From the IMG/VR virus record IMGVR_UViG_3300045988_143605, positions 1-64,000 of that record: a DNA stretch of 64,000 nucleotides; one strand, given 5' to 3'. How positions within the stretch are numbered: position 1 is the first letter of the stretch; every line of letters starts with the position of its first letter. This document shows, one piece after another, positions 60,287 to 64,000 of this stretch. Below the pieces are notes generated by a model. It had not been told where the DNA came from, did not search any database, and saw only the letters and a list, made by a program, of their open reading frames with translations. The DNA is from a virus. The translations under genes were made by a program, and so were the position numbers.

Positions 60287-62005
60287 ATGACAACAGTTAG
60301 CAACATCAGCGAGCTCCAACAGCGTAGTGAGGAGCTCCAGTCGCAAGGCTACGAGGCCGTTCTGCCTGGCGCGTTCTGTACGCCCAAGCAGGGAGGCAGC
60401 AGTGTGTGTTCATGGGGCGATTACGTTCACCAGAAGCTCACGGCTTCGGCTACCATGACCGGAGCAGAAGGCAATGCTGCAAGGCGGGAGATTTCCGCTG
60501 TGTTCGGTTCGTCGGGCGGCGAGAACAAAGCCGTGCCGCAGGGTGTAGGCACGCCCGACCTCGGCTTTATGGAGTGGGGATTGGGCAACCGACTGCCTAA
60601 CCTCGTGTATCTGCTCTCCAAGATGTCGCCCTTTACGGCAGCGGGAGTTGACTTCGTGAAGAAGATACTCGTAGGTCGCGGACCATGCGCCAAGTATCAT
60701 TATACGCAGTATGTCGGTGGCAATATCACCGAGAAGTCTATTCCCTACCTCTCGGCTGGCATCCTGCTTCGCGGACAGATAGCCGACCTCAAGGCTAAGG
60801 ATGATCAACTCTCACAATTAGAAAACCCAATCTCAAAATCGAAGACCAATTCTGAGAATGGGGACAGCGAAGAGATGAAGTCGCTCAAGGCAGCATTGGC
60901 AGAATGGGAGCGCACCCAAAAAGAGCTGCAAGAGTTTATTGAGAACAACGGCCTTATGCGCACTTATCTTGAGATGGCAGGCGATATGTCGCTCATGTCG
61001 CAATGCTTCTGCGAGTTGCAGCTTAATCAACGCCAGTTGGACGAGAATGGGCGCCCGGTGCCCACTTCGCAATGGAACCCGAAGATTGTCGGCATAAAAC
61101 CACGCTCGGTGTTCACCACCCGACTGGAGCGCATGGATAGTCAGTATCGCATCAACTATGCCTACCTCTCTAACCAGTGGATCGACTCCACCCAGACACT
61201 CACCGAAACCGACCGTCGCATTGCTGCCGTGCCTTATCTTGCAGCTGACACGGCCGTCTCCGACCTCAACCGACATGTGCGTGAGGCTCGCCAACAGCGG
61301 GTGAGCCGCAAGAACCGCCCCACACGCTTCATCATGTCGCCACGCGACTTCGGAGGTCCTTACTATGCCGATGCCCTTTGGCACAGCATCTTTGCCGGAA
61401 GCATCTTTGAGTATGCTTTCACTATTGTTGACGACCGTCTCACTCGCAAGCGTAACAGCAACATCATCGGTCGCGTGATTTACATCCATCAGGAATATCT
61501 CAAGCAGCTCTACACCCAGCAGGGCGAGAACAAGAGCAAGACGATGGCACAGATACAGCAGGAGGTGTTCACCGACATCAACCGCTGGCTGTCTAATCCC
61601 GACAACGCAGGTCAGGCTCTTATCTCTGCCGTGTTCACCGGATTGGACGGCAAGGAGCACAAGGCGTGGGAGATTGTGGAGATTGAGAGTAAGGCCAACT
61701 CGCAAGCGCAAGCCGAGAAGACCGAGCTTCAGGAAATATCATCCATCATCTTCTTTGCCATGGGCTTGGACTCGAAGCTCATCGGCAACACCCCAGGCGA
61801 CGCTACATCATCGGGCGGCACCGACCTCCGCGAGCGTTTCCTCGTCAAGCAAATCCAGTTTGCCCCATTGCAGCAGCTCATGCTCCGACCATTGGAGGTG
61901 ATAAGCAAATTTAATGGTTGGGACCCGCACCTGGTGTGGCAGATAGACCGCGAAGTGCTCACCACACTGGATAACTCAAAAACGGGGGTGACGATGCAGG
62001 AATAG
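60287..62005 (+). CDS. portal protein (572 aa)
   Basis: Internal ATG of ORF 60017..62005, downstream of the late promoter. Size and the C-terminal segment (...GGTDLRERFLVKQIQFAPLQQLMLRPLEVI...) are portal-like. The family was not verified. Confidence 0.6.
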   Translation: MTTVSNISELQQRSEELQSQGYEAVLPGAFCTPKQGGSSVCSWGDYVHQKLTASATMTGAEGNAARREISAVFGSSGGENKAVPQGVGTPDLGFMEWGLGNRLPNLVYLLSKMSPFTAAGVDFVKKILVGRGPCAKYHYTQYVGGNITEKSIPYLSAGILLRGQIADLKAKDDQLSQLENPISKSKTNSENGDSEEMKSLKAALAEWERTQKELQEFIENNGLMRTYLEMAGDMSLMSQCFCELQLNQRQLDENGRPVPTSQWNPKIVGIKPRSVFTTRLERMDSQYRINYAYLSNQWIDSTQTLTETDRRIAAVPYLAADTAVSDLNRHVREARQQRVSRKNRPTRFIMSPRDFGGPYYADALWHSIFAGSIFEYAFTIVDDRLTRKRNSNIIGRVIYIHQEYLKQLYTQQGENKSKTMAQIQQEVFTDINRWLSNPDNAGQALISAVFTGLDGKEHKAWEIVEIESKANSQAQAEKTELQEISSIIFFAMGLDSKLIGNTPGDATSSGGTDLRERFLVKQIQFAPLQQLMLRPLEVISKFNGWDPHLVWQIDREVLTTLDNSKTGVTMQE

Positions 62006-62027
62006 TAACGAACAAATGATATAGAGA

Positions 62028-62798
62028 ATGATAGAACTGAATAAGATATATAATGAAGACTGTCTGGAAGGGATGAAAAGGATTCCAGACGGGAGCGTGG
62101 ATTGCATCGTGTGCGATTTGCCGTATGAAGTTCTGAACAAAGGTAATGAAAAGGCACGATGGGATAACATTATCCCGATGGAGCCTCTATTCAAGGAATA
62201 CTGGCGAATAGCAAAAACTAACGCTATTATTATTCTCTTCGGTCAAGGAATGTTCACGGCACAGCTAATGATGGCAGAACCTGACACATGGCGATATAAT
62301 CTAATTTGGCAAAAAGACCGACCAACAGGATTTCTCAATGCGAAGCGAATGCCTATGCGGAGCCATGAGGATATTGCTGTGTTCTATCGTGCGTTACCTA
62401 CATACAATCCGCAGATGAGACAAGGTTTCCCCTCTCACTCACGAGGGCATAAATACGGAAAAGCAAAGGGTAATGTCTGTTATGGCAACTATAATATTGA
62501 GACCTACTCAAAAGAAGTAACAACAGAGAAATATCCTATATCTGTATTGTTCTTCGACAAAGAAAAGAATCTTGATATGCACCCCACTCAAAAGCCCGTA
62601 GCTCTTATTCAGTACCTCATTCGCACCTACTCCAACGAGGGCGACATCATATTAGACAACTGTATGGGCAGTGGCACCACCGCCATTGCAGCCATCCGCG
62701 AGAAACGCAACTTCATCGGCTTTGAGCTCAACAAGGAGTATTACGACAAGGCTTGCAAGCGCATTAAGTTGGAGCAAGCGCAACTCACGCTATTCTGA
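62028..62798 (+). CDS. beta-class N6/N4 DNA methyltransferase
   Basis: Motif IV region VDCIVCDLPY (DLPY in place of DPPY/SPPY), then HPTQKPVALIQYLI and motif I DNCMGSGTTAIAA. Confidence 0.85.
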   Translation: MIELNKIYNEDCLEGMKRIPDGSVDCIVCDLPYEVLNKGNEKARWDNIIPMEPLFKEYWRIAKTNAIIILFGQGMFTAQLMMAEPDTWRYNLIWQKDRPTGFLNAKRMPMRSHEDIAVFYRALPTYNPQMRQGFPSHSRGHKYGKAKGNVCYGNYNIETYSKEVTTEKYPISVLFFDKEKNLDMHPTQKPVALIQYLIRTYSNEGDIILDNCMGSGTTAIAAIREKRNFIGFELNKEYYDKACKRIKLEQAQLTLF

Positions 62799-62864
62799 CA
62801 ACTCAAAAATGGATAATTCCTAATCGGCTTGCCGATAATTCAAAACTCAAAACTCAAAATTCGC

Positions 62865-63899
62865 ATGATACTATCAACCACCAAGGAGCTTCGGCTCCAC
62901 ATTCCCAGCAACGCCATTGACGACATCAGTTCGTTGCAAGGCATACTCGACAACAGCGAAAAAGATTTTCTGCGCGACAAGTTGGGCGACTCGCTCTACA
63001 ACCGTTTGTGTGAGTATTATCAGACCGTTTCGCCTGACGACTTCTATATGGCAGTCAGCAACGGCGAACACACACAGCAGCCATGGATGCAACTCCTGCT
63101 TATGGCACAGCGCATGGTAACATACGATGCCATGTCGCGCTTCGCCTACACACAGGCTCTCTCTATCAACGGCACCGGCATCAACGTGGCTTCAAGCGAC
63201 GACTACGGCACGGCATCCAAAGACCTTCTCGACAAGGGAGTGCAGGGTTATAAGCGCGAGGCTATGGTGTCGCTCAATCAGATGCTCGTAATGCTCGAAG
63301 GTTGGGCGCGTAAGATGGCTACACCCACAGCCATCGTCGATGCCGACTCCCCCGAGCCATCGCCCACCGAGCCAAGGGACGAGCAGCACAAGGCCATTGA
63401 GGAGATAAGCCTATTGTGGCAGGAAAGCCAGTACTACTACGCTCACCACGACCTCCTCATTGCCACATGTGCTGACCTTCAGCACTACCTCGACATCTAT
63501 GAGAGCCGTGAGAAGTTCATCCGTCTTCTGCCCGACCTTCACTTCATTCAAGACGAATACATCAGTGAGGCAATTGGCGAGGACACGATGCAGCGTCTGC
63601 TCCACACCGACGACCCCAACGACAAGCCACTCCTTCGCAAGGTACGTCGCCTGATGGTGGCTCACCTGGAAGAGCGCACAACAATTCTCACTATTGACAA
63701 GGCACGCCGAGCCGCTGCCCACAACGAAGCCATCGCCCTACGCACCTCGGTGCTCCGGCTCATGGAAATGCGCAAGGCAGTGGACGCTGCCAACAACACC
63801 CCAGACAAGCCCTCAACCAACACCACCGACTCAACAAGCAAAGGCTACGAAAACAACCAGCCAGACAGCAAAATATTCGTGTCGCCACTGCTGTATTAG
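62865..63899 (+). CDS. hypothetical structural-module protein (344 aa)
   Basis: Internal ATG of ORF 62829..63899. Confidence 0.5.
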   Translation: MILSTTKELRLHIPSNAIDDISSLQGILDNSEKDFLRDKLGDSLYNRLCEYYQTVSPDDFYMAVSNGEHTQQPWMQLLLMAQRMVTYDAMSRFAYTQALSINGTGINVASSDDYGTASKDLLDKGVQGYKREAMVSLNQMLVMLEGWARKMATPTAIVDADSPEPSPTEPRDEQHKAIEEISLLWQESQYYYAHHDLLIATCADLQHYLDIYESREKFIRLLPDLHFIQDEYISEAIGEDTMQRLLHTDDPNDKPLLRKVRRLMVAHLEERTTILTIDKARRAAAHNEAIALRTSVLRLMEMRKAVDAANNTPDKPSTNTTDSTSKGYENNQPDSKIFVSPLLY

Positions 63900-64000
63900 T
63901 ATTCTCAAGGCTTAGAAAAGCCCAGTAAGACCCATTGTAAAAAGCAACACTATGGAAGAAATAATCCGCATTCTTACCCCTGCCCTCTCCGCTCGCATCC

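Noticed and set aside
60833-61711. A 292-aa minus-strand ORF inside the portal gene.
   Set aside because: It is an antisense shadow ORF with Leu/Arg/Gly-rich composition. The plus-strand ORF is in the same orientation as its neighbours and has a late promoter.
1-64000. I searched for reverse transcriptase/DGR template-variable repeat pairs, retron-like elements, integrase/att sites, toxin-antitoxin pairs and rRNA.
   Set aside because: No ORF shows RT (YxDD), recombinase (R..HxxR..Y or the Ser-recombinase N-terminus) or obvious TA signatures by eye. I saw no long near-identical repeat pair typical of DGRs. Absence by eye is not proof, and HMM searches are needed.

Overview
This 64-kb window is a gene-dense, almost entirely plus-strand segment of a tailed-phage or phage-plasmid genome. 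The host looks like a Bacteroidota: promoters fit the TTTG-N19-21-TAnnTTTG architecture and Shine-Dalgarno sequences are nearly absent. Gene order is as follows. (1-9 kb) An early region of small, often acidic ORFs, an HsdM-like SAM-binding protein lacking the catalytic motif, an XRE regulator, and a NAD-ligase-like protein with a C-terminal TM helix. (9-12.8 kb) A plasmid-style maintenance module: centromere-like repeats, ParA, an RHH partner, an iteron/AT-rich origin and a Rep-like initiator. (14.4-15.8 kb) A CI-like repressor divergent from a Cro/antirepressor-like gene. (15.8-24.3 kb) A replication block: DEDDh exonuclease, a 1219-aa Zn-finger/SF3 primase-helicase, an SSB-like protein and a beta sliding clamp. 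(25.2-31.7 kb) A decayed ORF, a methyltransferase and a minus-strand packaging block (TerL, N6A-MTase, PAPS-reductase/PP-loop protein, TerS candidate). These are followed by a holin-like gene and a 1608-aa tape measure. (38.4-43.3 kb) A repeat-rich non-coding region, a VirE_N/PriCT-like prim-pol, a degenerate dUTPase, unknown ORFs and tRNA-Met(CAT). The remainder holds an S49 protease-scaffold, major capsid protein, a tail-tube-like protein, a LysR-type regulator moron, small membrane/Cys-rich proteins, an accessory island (ASCH, RtcB, YopX, GNAT), a LemA-containing membrane cluster, the portal and a beta-class DNA MTase. I recognised no integrase, DNA polymerase, rRNA, CRISPR array or reverse transcriptase. 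The most notable hunt results are: (a) a 4-copy bipartite late-promoter motif ATGTCCGC-N20-TAnnTTTG; (b) a textbook -1 frameshift cassette (A7 + 6-nt spacer + 9-bp hairpin) at the end of the tail-tube-like gene; (c) a G10 tract with a compensated out-of-frame stretch inside the PAPS-reductase gene; (d) SSB-type DLPF C-termini shared by the primase-helicase and the SSB-like protein next to a phage beta clamp; (e) a par/rep/iteron module implying an extrachromosomal prophage; (f) a membrane-anchored LigA-like ligase; (g) a second origin-like region with a prim-pol in the middle of the structural genes. All functional calls come from motif recognition by eye, and nothing was checked against databases. 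Several accessory ORFs are disrupted at homopolymers, so sequencing error is a live alternative for the frameshift observations.
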